A stretch of 64,000 nt of DNA from assembly GCA_014905635.1 (NCBI GenBank), contig JABVCE010000024.1:1-64000 (forward strand), given 5' to 3'. The stretch's first letter is position 1, and every line of letters begins with the position of its first letter. A program made the translations under genes and the position numbers. This document shows positions 47,350-60,875 of this stretch, one piece after another. The DNA comes from Scenedesmus sp. PABB004 (taxonomy: Eukaryota). Below the pieces are notes generated by a model. That model searched no databases, was not told where the DNA came from, and saw nothing but the letters and a program-made list of their open reading frames with translations.

Positions 47350-50300
47350 TCAGGAGGAGCAGGAGAGCACGCAGACGCCGGGGCGGATCATGTCGGGCGG
47401 CGGCGGCGCGCTGTACTTGGGGTCTGCGCCCGGCTGCTCCTCGTATGGCGCGGCGCAGACCTCCAGCAGGCGGGCCGTCTCGCTGAAGTCGCCCGCCTCA
47501 GCCGCCTCGATCGCGTACTGCGGCGGCGGCGGAGAGCGGAGGGGGGGGGGTTGGGGGTGGGGGGGGCATGCGGGCGGCCGCAGGGCGCGCAGGTCGCACG
47601 GGCCCCTCGCCCGAGGCGCGCGCGGGCCGGGGGGCGTCCGCGCCGCGCCGCGCCACACCTGCAGGAGGTGCTGGCGGGGGACAAACTTGGGGCTGGCGGC
47701 GCGCTGCCGCGCCATGCGCGGCGCGTCGGCCTCGCCGTCGGCCGCGAGGCGCGCGCGCCACGCGCCCAGCCACGCCGCCCAGTCGCCGACGAGCGCGGCG
47801 TCCGCGTCCAGCGCCTCGCCCGTCAGCGCGTCCACCAGCCGCGCGGGCAGGCCCGCGGTGCGCGCGGCGGCCGCGCCGGCGCCCCCCTCGTTGCCGCTGG
47901 CCGCCGCCGCCGCGTCGCCGGGCGCCTCCTCGGCGGCGGTGGGCACAAACGCGAGCGCCCTGTGCGGCAGGCCGGCAAGCACAGGGTTTCACGCGCCGCG
48001 CGTGCGTGGGGGGGGGGGTGCTCAGCGCTGCGCTCAGCGCTGTGCTCAGCGCGCGAGCGTGGCGCGCGCAGCCGCGCCGGGGGGCCCAAGCCCCGCCCGC
48101 CGCGCCTGAACGTGTTGGTGAAGTCGGCCCCGCTGCGCGCCATGAGGCGCAGCAGCTCCTTGGCCAGCAGCGGGTCGGGGCCGGCCAGGCCGAGCTTGGC
48201 CGCCATGCGTGCGTTGTAGGTCGACACCAGCTCCTGCGAACCCCCGGCACGGCGCGGCGCAAGGGCGCGTGAGGACGGCGCGAGGGCAGCGCGGGGGAGG
48301 GCAAGGGGGGGGGGGGGGGCGCAAGCGAGCAGGAGGCGCGGCGGCCGGGTGCGTGAGGGCGCAGCAGGGGCGCCCGCCGCCGCCGCGGGGCGTCTCACGT
48401 CGGCGTACGCCTCCAGCGCCGCCTCGGCCTCCTCCTTGCGCACGAGCCCCGCCGCAAAGAGCGCGTTGGCGAGCTGCACGCAGTTCCACTGCGCGCGGCG
48501 CCGCCGGCGGGGCGCCGGCGTCAGGCGCGGGGCGTCAGCCGCGGGGCGCGCCGGCGGCGGACGTCCGTCCCTCCCTCCCGCCTCACCCTCCCGCGCCGAG
48601 CCCGCCCGCGCCGCGCGTCGCGTGCGCGCGTGCGCGCCTGGCAGGCCTGCGGCTGGTTGCTGTAGCAGTAGCGCCGCCCCGCAAAGTCGGTGGTGTTGGG
48701 CGTGTAGTCGGGCGCAAACCTGCAGTCGGGGGGCAGACGGGGGGACAGGGGGGGGGGGAGTGTGTGTGCGCCGTGTGTTCAGAGAGGGGGGAGGGGGGGG
48801 GGCACAGAATGCTGCCGCTACGCCGCCGCGTCGGCCAGCCAGCCAGCGCGCGCCGCTACGCCGCCGCGCCGCTCACGCGTCTATGAAGCCAAACGGCCCG
48901 TAGTCAATGGTGAGGCCCAGGATGCTGCAGTTGTCGGTGTTGAGCACGCCTGAAACACACACGCAGGGCGCGGGGGCACAGGCGGGCCGCGGGGCGTGTG
49001 GGCGCGGCGCGCGTGCGTGAGCGCGTGTGACGTGCTGCGACGCCCCCTCACGCGGCGCCCCTCGCCCCGCGCGGGCTGGCCCGCCGCGCCGCGCGCCGCG
49101 CACCGTGCACCCAGCCGAGCGTCTGCCACATCGCGACGAGCCGCCCGGTGCGGGCGGACACCTCGCGCAGCAGCGCCTCGTAGCGCTCCGCGCCCGCGGC
49201 CACTGCGCGGCGGGCGCGCGGGCGGGCGGGCGCGCGGCGGCGGCGGCGGCAGCGCGCGTGACTGCGCGTGGCTGCTGCGCGGGGCTGCGCGGCTCTGTGC
49301 CCGGGGCGCCGCGCACGGCCGGGCGCCGGCCGCGCCCGCGTCCAGCCCTGCGCCCCGTGCCGCACCGGCCTGCAGCTCTGGGTAGTGGTGCCGGATGACG
49401 TAATCCGCCAGCTTGCCCACGAGCGCCATCTGCGCGGCGGCAGCAACGCCAGCAGCAGCGGCAGAGGCAGCGTAAGGCCAGGGAGCGGCGCGCGGGGGCG
49501 CTCGCGCCTGTCTCTCGCCGCCACCGGCCGCCGCGCACCTCGTCGCCGCCGCGGCTCGCCGGCAGCTGGAAGGTGCCAAAGCTGCGGCGCGCAGGTTGGG
49601 CGGGCGCTCTGTGCGCGCCGGCGCCGGCGCTGCCCCGCACGCAGCGCGCGCCGCGCCGGTGCCGCGCCGCGCGTGCCCCGCGCGCACCGCACGAAGCTGG
49701 GCGCGACGCGGCAGACGACGGCGCCGGGCTCCAGCCGGGCGTTGCCGTCATAAAACATGTCGCGATACACCTCGGCCCCCGTGCCCACACAGCACAGCGC
49801 GCGCGTGGTCGGCACCTGGCGGCGCGTCGGCGACGGGGCGTCGCACGCCGAGCTGGCTGGCGGCGGCGGCCACGCGGCGCCGCGCGGGGCCCAAACGGGC
49901 GCGCCGCGCCGCACCCCGAGCGCGGCCATGGCCTCGCTGCACACAAACTCGCGCAAGCTGCTGCGCATGACGGCGCGCCCGTCGGCGCGCCGGCTGTACG
50001 GCGTCCTGCGAGAGAGAGAACGCACGGGCAGGGGGTTGGCGCGCGTGGCGCGCGTGGGGCCAGTGGCACGCGCTGCGCGTGGGGCCGCGGGCGCCGCGCG
50101 CGCGGCCGCCCCCCACCTGCCCGCGCCCTTGAGCTGCAGCTCCCACCGCTTGCCTGCGCGCGGGCGGGCGGGCGGGCGAGCGCGTGGGGCCAGGGGCTGC
50201 TGCCGCCGCGCCCCGTGCGCCCCTCGCGCCGGCGCCCGTGTGCCGCCCCACGCGCACACCCCACAGCCGCGCGCGTGGGGCCAGGGGCTGCGCTGGCGCC

Positions 50301-51151
50301 CGTATCCCGCCCCCACATACAAATAAACAACCACCCCGCAGCGCCGCGACAGCGCCGCGCACCTGCGGCGTTGACCACCTCACCCAGCGTGATCGCGCGC
50401 CCGTCGCCCAGCTGGCCCGCCCACGACCCAAACTGGTGCCCGCCGTACGTCTGCGCGTACGGCTCGCTGCGCGCGGCGGCGGCGGCGGCAGCGGCAGCGG
50501 GGCGCGCGTCGGCCGCGCCCGCGCCGCGCCGCCGCTCCCTCCTCCGGCTGCCGCGCCACCGCGCCCCGTGCTGCCCGCGCCGCGCGCCCGCCCCGCACGC
50601 GCGCGCCTGCCGGGCAGCGGCGCCGCGCCGCTCATGACCAGCGCAAACTCTGGGCGCTCGCACTCGGCCGGGTCGAGGCCCAGCAGCGCCGCGACCGCCG
50701 CGCTGTACGCGACGGTGCGGGGCTCGCCGCCCGCGGGCGTGGGCGCCACGCGGCTGAACAGCGCGCCCTCCACCTGGCGCAGCACGTTGGAGGGGTCGGG
50801 GTCGCCCGGGAGCTCGCGCACGAAGGTGTTGTCAAAGCGCATGGCCTCAAGCGTGCGCGGCGGCGTGGCGGCCGCGGCGGCGCTCCCCGGCTGCGCTGCC
50901 GCCGCTGCCGCCGCGCTCGCCGGCTGCGCCGCTCCCGACGCCGCCGCGCTCGCCGGCTGCGCTGCTGCCGACGCCGCGGCGCTCGCGCGGCGCGGCCGCG
51001 CGGCGGCGGCGGCGGCGCCCAGCGTCCGCGCGCCCCTGCCGGCCCCCAGCAGGGGCAGCTGCAGCAGCGCCCGCATGGGCCGGTCGCCGCGTGCGGCAGC
51101 GGCAGCGGCAGCAGCGCCGCGCGTCGTCGGTGCGGCGGCGCGCAGGCTCAT
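47350..51151 (-). CDS. SELO: Selenoprotein O / YdiU protein adenylyltransferase, Cys form; 14 exons
   Basis: [76 protein letters not shown]-terminus VCVLSCSS*. Confidence 0.95.
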
Positions 51152-51383
51152 GGCTGGTCGGGCAGGCGGCGGGGCGCGGCGGCGGGCGCGCAATTGGCGG
51201 CGGCGGCGGCGCGGCGCGCTCACGAGCGGCGCGGAGCGTCGCGTCGCGTGCAGAACACCGCCGCTGCGCCCCGCCGTCCATCGCGGCCCCGCCGCCCGCG
51301 GCCCGGGCACTCTGGCCGCCCCCACCGACCGCCACGACCCCGCCACGCGACCGGCAGCAGCGCGAGCGCGACATCTTCGCAAG

Positions 51384-52304
51384 ATGTCGCGCGTGGGATT
51401 CGTGCTCAAGCAGACGCAGGGCTTCCTGGACGTGAGCTGGGGATGGGGCCTGTGGGGACGCGGCCCGGCACGACAGGCCCGCCACGCCGCGGCAGGGCGC
51501 GCGGGGCCGCCGGACGCCGGGGCGCCGATCTGCTGCGACGTGCCCGCCCTCCCCCAGCGCTGGCGCCGGGCTGGCGTGCCGGAGAGGCGCACGGCCGGCT
51601 GCGCACGGCGCTGCCGTGGCGGCAGCGGCGGGGCCCCGGGGCGGCGCGGCGGCAGGAGCAGCGGCGGCGCTGCTCCGCTGCTGCTGCCCGCGCGGGCGCG
51701 GCGCGCGGCGCCGCGCCGCCGGCCGGCCGCGAGATTCCCAGACGCCTGGCCCACCGCCGCCGCCGCCGCGCGCCCCCGTCTGGGTGCCGCAGGTGCCGCT
51801 GAGCACACACGTGCCGATCTTTGCGGCGTGCTTCGCGGCCATCCTGGGCATGTCGTACGCCAACTCCTTCAACTTTGTCACCCCCAACTCGATGACGCCC
51901 GAGTTCAAGGCCGCGGCCGCGCGCATCGGCAACGTGATGGTGCGGCGGCGCGGCGGCCAGCGGCGCGGCGCGGCGGCCAGCGGCCGCGCCGGCAGCGGTG
52001 CCGGGGCGGCGGCGGCGGCAGTGGCAGTGGTGGCGGCGGCGCCAGCAGCCCCGGCAGCGCCACGGCAGCACCAGCAGCCCGGCAGCGCCAGGGCGGCAAC
52101 AGCAGCTGGGCGGCCGGCCGCGCGCGCCGCGGGGCAGCGCTGGCGGCTGGGGCAGCAGCTGCCACAAGCGGCCGCCGCCGGCGCGTCGCGCCACCGCGCC
52201 ACCTCGCCGCCGCGCAGGAGCGCACCGACGCGCCGCCGGTGTTCCTCAACCCCATCTGGCACGGCATCCCCGGCAACGTGCTGGGCCCCGAGGACGTGCA
52301 GTGA
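51384..52304 (+). CDS. Small mitochondrial membrane protein, cytochrome c oxidase subunit 4-like (plant/algal type); 3 exons
   Basis: MSRVGFVLKQTQGFLD/VPLSTHVPIFAACFAAILGMSY..TPNSMTPEF../ERTDAPPVFLNPI: one TM helix, then TPxxMTxE and PPVxxNPI motifs. Confidence 0.65.
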   Translation: MSRVGFVLKQTQGFLDVSWGWGLWGRGPARQARHAAAGRAGPPDAGAPICCDVPALPQRWRRAGVPERRTAGCARRCRGGSGGAPGRRGGRSSGGAAPLLLPARARRAAPRRRPAARFPDAWPTAAAAARPRLGAAGAAEHTRADLCGVLRGHPGHVVRQLLQLCHPQLDDARVQGRGRAHRQRDGAAARRPAARRGGQRPRRQRCRGGGGGSGSGGGGASSPGSATAAPAARQRQGGNSSWAAGRARRGAALAAGAAAATSGRRRRVAPPRHLAAAQERTDAPPVFLNPIWHGIPGNVLGPEDVQ

Positions 52305-52722
52305 GCCGAGCGACGGCAGCGGGCGCTGCGCGGGGAGGGCGCGCAGGGGGAGGGGGCTGGGCTGGGTCTGCTGGTCTGTCTGGCGCTGGGCGCGGGCGCG
52401 GCGGCGTGTACCACCATCATGCACCGGCGCCCTGTGCGCGGGGGCGGCGCGGTCGGGGGACGGAAGGCGGCGGGCGGCGGTCGCGGCGCGGCGCCGACGC
52501 CGGTCAACGCAGGGTAAACCGCGCCGCGTCTCGCGTCGCGCTGCCTGCCCACGCCCTCCGCCCTCCCGCAGCGCTGCCACCCCGCCAGCGCGCCCGCACC
52601 GCTGGAACGCGGCCGCGTCCTCGGCGCGCCAGCTCGCCATCTCCAGGAGCAGCGGCGCGCGCCGCGCCGGGCAGCAGGCGCCGCCGCAGCGCGCGGCGCG
52701 GGCTGTCGCGCAGGCCGGGGCC

Positions 52723-55700
52723 ATGGCGGACGCGTCCTCGGGCGGCGAGGCGCCCGCCGGGCGCCAGCTGCGCGGCGCGGCCACGTTCAGCTCGCGCGCG
52801 CAGGCCGCGCCGTCGCCCGGCGCGGCCTCGCTGGCCACCGAGAAGCTCATGACGCGCGTCTTCGGCACCAAGAGCGCAAACCAGCGCGTGAGCGAGAGCC
52901 TGGACTACGAGCCCGTGCAGAACAAGATTTTCTACGAGCGCATGCGCGCGGCCAAAAAGGAGCGCCACCTCTTCGGGTGAGGCGCCGGCGGGGCCGCAAC
53001 GGATCGGGCGGCCACTCCCCCACGCCTGGGGGGCCTGCCGGCCGCCAGCGGGGCGCCCGCGCGGCGCGGCGCCGCCGCGAGCGGCGGCCGCCGCTGCTGC
53101 TGCGCGCCGGCGCCCGACGCGCGCCGCCGCCGCCGCCGCCGCAGCTACACGGGCCACACGCTGGCCAAGTTCGTCATCACCATGGTATCCGGCATCCTCA
53201 CGGGCGTGTTTGCGGTCTTCCTGTCCACGTTTGTGTCGAGCCTCTTCGCCTGGAAGAACGGCTTTGTGCAGGAGCTGCTCGACGAGGACGGCCCCCACAG
53301 GCGCGCCGCGCGGGGGGACGCGGGGGCCGCGGGGGATGCGCTGCGGGGCCGCCGCGCCGCGCGCCCCACTGCTGCGCTGTGGGCGGCCAGGGCGCGCCGG
53401 CGCGGCGCGCCGCCCGAGCCCGAGCCCGCGCGCTGACAGGCGTGCCCGCCCCGCCGCACGCAGGGTGTGGGTCGCGTACCTGTGGCACTGCGCCTACAGC
53501 TGCCTGCTCGTGTCGTTCGCGGTCGCGCTGGTGCGTGGCACGCCGCCGCGCCGCGCGGGCAGAGGCTGGGCGCACCCCAACCGCCCCGCGCTGCCGCGCG
53601 CAGCGCCCTACGCCCCACACGCCCTGCCACGCGCGCCGCGCGCAGGTTCAGTACTGGGCGCCGCAGGCTGCGGGCGCGGGCGTGACGCTGGTGATGGCCT
53701 ACCTCAACGGCAACCACGTGCCCAACCTGCTCCGCCTGCGCACGCTGGTCACCAAGTTTGTGGGCACCATCTGCAGCGTCAGCGCGGGCCTGCCCATGGG
53801 CCCCGAGGGCCCCATGGTGCACATCGGCGCGTGCCTCGCGTCCGTCATAACATACGCAGAGTGCAGTGAGCAGGGCTCAGCGGCGGCACGCGCGCGGAGG
53901 GGCGCTCCTCGCGCCGGGGCCGGCGGCGCGCGCAGCCGCGTGCGGGGCGCCGAGCGAACACGCCGCCGCCCACACGCCACGCCGCGCCGCGCCGCAGCGT
54001 GCCTGCGCACGGGGCGCTGGCTGGGGTGCTGCGGGCGGCGCGCGCGGAGCAGCCGGGAGGCGCAGCTGCTGGAGAAGCTCAAGGTGCTGGACGACATCGT
54101 CAGCGACTCGGGTGCGTGTGTGTGTGTGGGGGGGGGGGGAGCTCAGATGACAGTGGGCCCTCTCGAGAGGTGCCCCGCAGGGAGAGAGGGGGCTGGGGAG
54201 GGTGCGGTGGGCCCCGGCGGCTGCGCCGCTGGCGGGCGCACGCCCCCAGCGGTCGTGCCTGACCCGCGCCGCCTGACCGCGCGGCACCGCCGCGCGCGCG
54301 CCAGACCACCGCGAGTTTGTGTCGGCCGGCACCGCCGCGGGCATCTCGGCCGCGTTTGGCGCGCCCATCGGCGGCGTGCTCTTCGCGATGGAGGAGGCCT
54401 GTAGCTTCTGGAACAGGCGCGCACGCGCCGCACACAGCGCACACAGCGCGCACGCCGCACACCGCCACGCCGCCGCGCCGCGTGGCGCAGCGCACGGGCG
54501 CGCACGCGTGCGCGCCGCGCGACCGGTCGGCGGCCCGATTCACTCACCTATCCGCCCCCGCCCCGCCTCCCCCCCGGCGGCGGCGCGCAGGAAGACGAGC
54601 TGGCGCTGCTTCCTCGCCGCGGTGTGCAGCACGTTCACGCTGCAGAGCCTGAGCCGCGACGCGTCGCACGGCATGATCAGCTTCACGGGCGTCGCGAGCT
54701 ACGAGAACCGCGACTGGCTGGTGCAGCTGCCCTTCATCCTGGTCAACGCGGGTGCGTGCGCCCTGGGCCCGGGCGGGGGGCTGTGGGGTGTGCGTGTGCG
54801 GGTGGGGGTGTGAGGTGGCGGGTGGGTGGTTTCGAACGAGGGCTGCGGCGGCGCTGGCGCCGCAGCCACACCCACGCCCGCGCCTCCCCCCTCCCTTTCT
54901 CGCAGGCGTCGCGGGGCTGCTGGGCGCGGCGTTCAACAGCATGCGCATGTGGCTGTGGCGCCTGCGCGCGAGCAAGACGCGGCACGTGCTGCGCATTGCC
55001 GAGGTCATCGGCCTCGCGCTGCTCTGCGTGACCGCCGGCTTTGCCTGGGCCGTCGTCGGCGGGCGGTGCATCCCCAAAAACCCAGAGTGGGGCGACGAGT
55101 ACGGCATACGCTTCCGGTGAGCCCGCCTGGCGCGCACGGCGGCGCGCACGGCGCCACGCCCGGCGGCGCGGGATGCGCGTGCGCGCGCGCCGCGTGCTGC
55201 GTGCTGCGGCTCGCGCAGCGCCCCCTTCTCAGGCCCCCGCGCGTCATGACGGCCACCGCGACACCCCCCCCCCCTCCCAGGTGCGGCGAGGGTGAGCACA
55301 ACGACCTCGCGACCCTCTTCCTCAGCGGCAGCCACCACACGATCGTGAGCCTGTTCAGCATGGGCCACTCGCCCGGGCAGGGCTACGTGGTGCACTTCAC
55401 GCAGGGCAGCCTCGCCGCGTTTGTGGGGACCTACCTGGTGCTCATGAGCGTCGGCGCGGGCGTGGCCATCCCGGGCGGGCTGTTCATGCCGTCAATCATG
55501 GTGGGTGCTGTGGGTTTTTGGTTTTGGGTTGTGGGTGCGTGGCTGGGTGTGGGCGCATGTGCGTGTGTGTGTGTGTTCATGCCCTCAATCATGGTGGGCC
55601 CGCGCTGTGTGGGTTGTGGGTTGTGTGGGGTTCCGGGTGTGTGTGTGGGTGGGTGGTTGTGGGTGTGGGCGTGTGGGTGTGTTGTGGGTGTGGGCGAGGG

Positions 55701-58505
55701 TGGGCGGGTGGCGGAGGCGAAGGTGGAGGAGGGCGCTGGGGCGCGGGGGTGGACGCCCCGCCGACGCCCCGCCGCCCGCCGCCACGCGCGCGCGCGCGCG
55801 CGCGCGCAGGTCGGCGCGGCGTGGGGCGCGCTGTGGGGCAGCGCGCTGCGCGACTGGCTGCCGCACTGGAACGTGCAGCCGGGCGTGTACGGCATCATGG
55901 CCGCATCGTCGGTGCTCGCCGGCGTGTTCAGGCGCGCGCGGCGGCCGCGGCGCCCCGCCGCCGCCCGACCCTCCCCCCTTGCCCGCTCCCTCCTCGCCCC
56001 CTCCCCCTCGCTTCTCCCCCCAACCCTAAACCCCTCACCCCACCACCACCACGCACCCCCACGCCGCGCAGGAGCAACGTGAGCCTGGTGGTGCTGGTGA
56101 TGGAGGGGACGCGGGGCATCGACTTTATGTTTGGTATCATCCTCAGCGTCGTCGTCGCCAACTGGGTCGCGCACCACATCCACGCCGACGGCGTGTACGA
56201 GAGCGAGCTGGAGCGCATCGGGAACCTCTACTTCCTGCGCGACGAGCCCCCGCACAGGCGCGTGTCGCTGTCTGGGTTTAGGAGGGTCGGTTGGGCCGGT
56301 GGGCGGGTGGGTGTGGGTGGGCGCGGGTGTGAGAAAAAGGGGCGCGGCGTGGGAGGGAGGCCGCGGCGGCGGCGCGCGCGCGCGTGGCATGCCGAGCGTC
56401 CGAGGCTGGCCGCCGCGCTGCACCCGGCCCTCCCTCTCTTCTCTTCTCCCGCCAGGCTGCACACGCTGACGACCGAGATGGTCATGGCCACGGGCGTGGT
56501 GGGCTTCCGGCCCGTGGAGAGCGTGGCCAACGTGCTCGCCGCGCTCAGCGGCACCAGCCACAACGGCTTCCCAGTCGCGTTTGCGCCCGACGGCGCCGAC
56601 GGCGCCGCGCCCGCGATACACCACCACAACAGGTGCGCGCGCGTGTGCGCGTGCGTGCGCCGCGCGCGACGCGGCCGCGCCTGCACCCGTGTGCGCGCCG
56701 CGCGCCACGCGGCCGCGCGCACGACGCGGCCGCGCGCGCCCCGCAGGAACGGCGACGGCGGCTCGCACAGCAGCCTGGTGTCGTTCGCGGCGCTCGCGGC
56801 CGGCGCGGCGCCGCGCGCGCCCACGCCCGACGGCGCCGCGTCGCCGACGCCGCTGCTCGGCGGCGCCGCCGGCGCCGTGCCCGACGGCGCCGCTGCGCCG
56901 CCCGGCGCCGCGCCGCCGACGCCGGCCGGCGCGGTGCTGAGCTGCGAGGGCGGGCGGCTGGAGGGCGTGATGCTGCGCAGCCAGCTGCTGGTGCTGCTGC
57001 AGCGCCGCCACTTTTGCGACGCGCACGGCCGGCCGGTGGGGCGGGAGTACAGCGAGAAGGAGGAGGTGGACCTCGAGGCGCGGCGCGGCGCGCACAGCAC
57101 GCACAGCACGCACAGCACGCACAGCACGCACAGCACGCACAGCACAGCACGCGGCGCCGCGGCGGGGGCGCCAAAAGCCAGCGCGGGAGGGAGAGCACCC
57201 GGCCCGCCGCCCCGCGCCCCTCCGCATGCTGACCGCCTCGCCCGCCCCGCGTCCGCCGACACTCCCGCGCCGCCCGCCTGCCTGCCTGCCTGCCCGGCCC
57301 GCAGACGGAGATGCGCACCTTTTTCCGGCGCTACTTCACGCACAACCGCTACGTCTCCGCGACCGCGACGCCGCTCGAGGCGCTGCAGCTCGGGACGGGC
57401 TCCGCGCCCGAGCTGGCCGGGCTGTACGTCGACCTGCGGCCCTACATGAACCGCTCGCCCTTCACCGTGCGCCGCGACTGCTCCGCCAGCCGCGCGCACC
57501 AGGTGCGGCGGCGGCGGCGGCGGGGCCTCGCGCGCGGCGCGCGGGGCTCGCGCGGGGCTCGCGCGCAGCAGGGCGGCCACGGCGCGGGCGCGCGCGGGGC
57601 GGCGGCCGAGCCTGTGGGCGCGCCGCCGCCGCGCCGCCGCGCCGCCGCGTGTCAGGCGTTTGTGCTGCTTGGCCTGCGCCACCTGATCGTGGTGGACGCG
57701 GCCAACCGCATCGTGGGCATGGTGACGCGCAAGGACCTGGACCACGCGGCGGGGCACGGCTGGTGGCGCATGAGCGCGCAGGCGCCCAAGCCGCGCCGCG
57801 CGGCGCCGCGCCGGGGGCCCATCAACAGGCGCGCGCGCGCGCGCGGCGGCGCCCGCTGCCGGCGGCCGGCGGGGGGCTGCCCTCGCGCCCCGCGCGCCCC
57901 CGAGCCCTCAACCTGCGACCTGCCGCCCCGGCGCGCCCACGCCCCGCCTCCGCCTGGCCGCCTCTCCTCCTCCGCCCCCGCCTGCGCCTCCGCCCCGCTC
58001 TCGCAGCTTCCTGAAGCACATTCCCAGCGTGCCGAGCTTCTTCAGCAAGCTGGTGGCCAAGGAGGGCGAGCACGGCGGCCGCGCGCCGTACGAGGTGGAC
58101 GATGAGGCGGAGGGGGAGGAGGGGGAGGAGCGCCCCGGCACGGGCAGCGGCGACGACGAGGACGAGGGCGCCGCGCTGCGCGGCGGCGGCGGCGGCGGCG
58201 GCGGCGGCCGTGACAGCAGCAGCGGCGGCGGCGGCGGCGGCGGGGTGCGGCGCGAGCCGCCGGGCTTTGTCAGGGCGCTCCGCGGCGCGGCCGCGCCGCC
58301 GCGCGCCGGCGGCGGCTGGCCGCTGCGCCAGGCGGCGGCCATCCCGGCGCCGCCCGGCGCCGCGCCGGTGGAGCTGGGCGCGCCGGAGGCGCCGCCCGCC
58401 GCCGGCGGCGGCGGCGGCTTTGGCGGCGGCGGCGGGCTGCTGCTGGACGAGGAGCTGGCGGGCGGCGGCCGGGGGGCGCTGGGGAGCAGCGACGGGCTGC
58501 ACTGA
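52723..58505 (+). CDS. CLC chloride channel/anion-proton exchanger with CBS domains; 16 exons
   Basis: [89 protein letters not shown]. Confidence 0.95.
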
Positions 58506-59073
58506 GGCGGCGGCGGCGGTGCGCACGCACGCGCGTGCGTGGGTGGGGCGCCGCCGAGGTCGAGGCCTGGGGCGTGGGCTGTGACAGGGAGGGGCGCCGG
58601 TCTCGGCGCGCCGGCGAGCGCTCGCGCCTGTGCAGCGCGAGCGGTCGCGTGGCCGCGCGCTGATTGCGGGTGCTGCTGCGTCCGCAGCGCCGCGCGCGGC
58701 CGCCCTCGTGGCCGCGGCGGCGGGGGCGGGGGCGGGGCACGCGGAACTCTTGCCGTCGGGAAACCCCCTCTTTCAGTCTCTCTTGCTGCGCGGCTGCTGA
58801 AAGAGGCACGCCCGCGCTGGCAATGCAGGCGGGCTGGCAATTCAGGCGGGCGGGCGGGCGGGCGGGCGGGTCCGCGGCGGCGCGTAACAGAGGTCACACC
58901 TGGCGCGCCTTCAGCCTCGCACGCCCAGCGCTGCGCCCAGGCTCGTCCAGCAGCCAGCAGAGCCGCGCGCGCCACGGGGCGCCGCCCCGCACTGGTAGGG
59001 CACGCCCAAGCCTCTAGAGGCTCCCGACCGGCGGTGCCGCCGCTGCACCCTCGCAGGACGCCTGCGGCCGCCG

Positions 59074-60135
<1,062 letters not shown>

Positions 60136-60875
60136 GGCGCGCCGCGGCCCGTCGCTGTCGGGGCGCCGCGGCCCAGGGTGCCGCTGCTCGCTGGCAGCGA
60201 CGCCGCGGGCTGCCCGCGCCGCGGCCTGCTGCCCCCCTTTGCTGCGCTGCTGGTGCTGGTGCGGCCTGGGTGAGGGGTGAACCCCCCTTGCTCCGGCGGC
60301 GCCGCCACACGTTCGCGGCACACGCCCACGGCGCGCGAGCGGCGGCGAGCAGCGGCGGCGGCGGTGGGAGGTGAGCGGCGGTGTGGCGGCGGAGGGGCGG
60401 GCAGGCTGGGGTGGGGGCGGCCGAGTGGGAGAACAGAGAGGCCGCGCTGAGGCTGGGAGTGGGTTGAGCGCCGCGCGGCGCGGCGCCTCAAGACCTGTTC
60501 TGCCACTGCGTCTCCAATAAGCTGCCCCTCGCGCCACGCCCGCGCCCACACGTGTGACGCACGGCCTCCCTCTACCCACGACACGCCGCTGCACCGATCT
60601 GCCACCCGCGCGGAGGAGCAGCAGCTTGAATCATCGCCGCTCGCCCGCGCCCGGCGGGCAAGGCTGGCCCGCCACATGGCCACCGACGCAGGTGGGGCGT
60701 CGTGTAAGACCTCTACGACCTGAGCGCGGGCCACGGCGGCGCGCTGAGGCGCCGCGCGCCTGCCGCGCGCCCCCCGCAGGCCGTCCCAGGCCGCGCCAGC
60801 GCGCCGCCTGAGCCGGCGTCGCGGCCGGCCGGTCTCACACTCCCGCGCGGGGGGCGGCACGCCCGCCTGCGCGCC

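Noticed and set aside
47350..47380. Selenocysteine read-through in SelO
   Set aside because: The Sec-equivalent position is TGC (CVLSCSS) and the TGA follows the normal family C-terminus.
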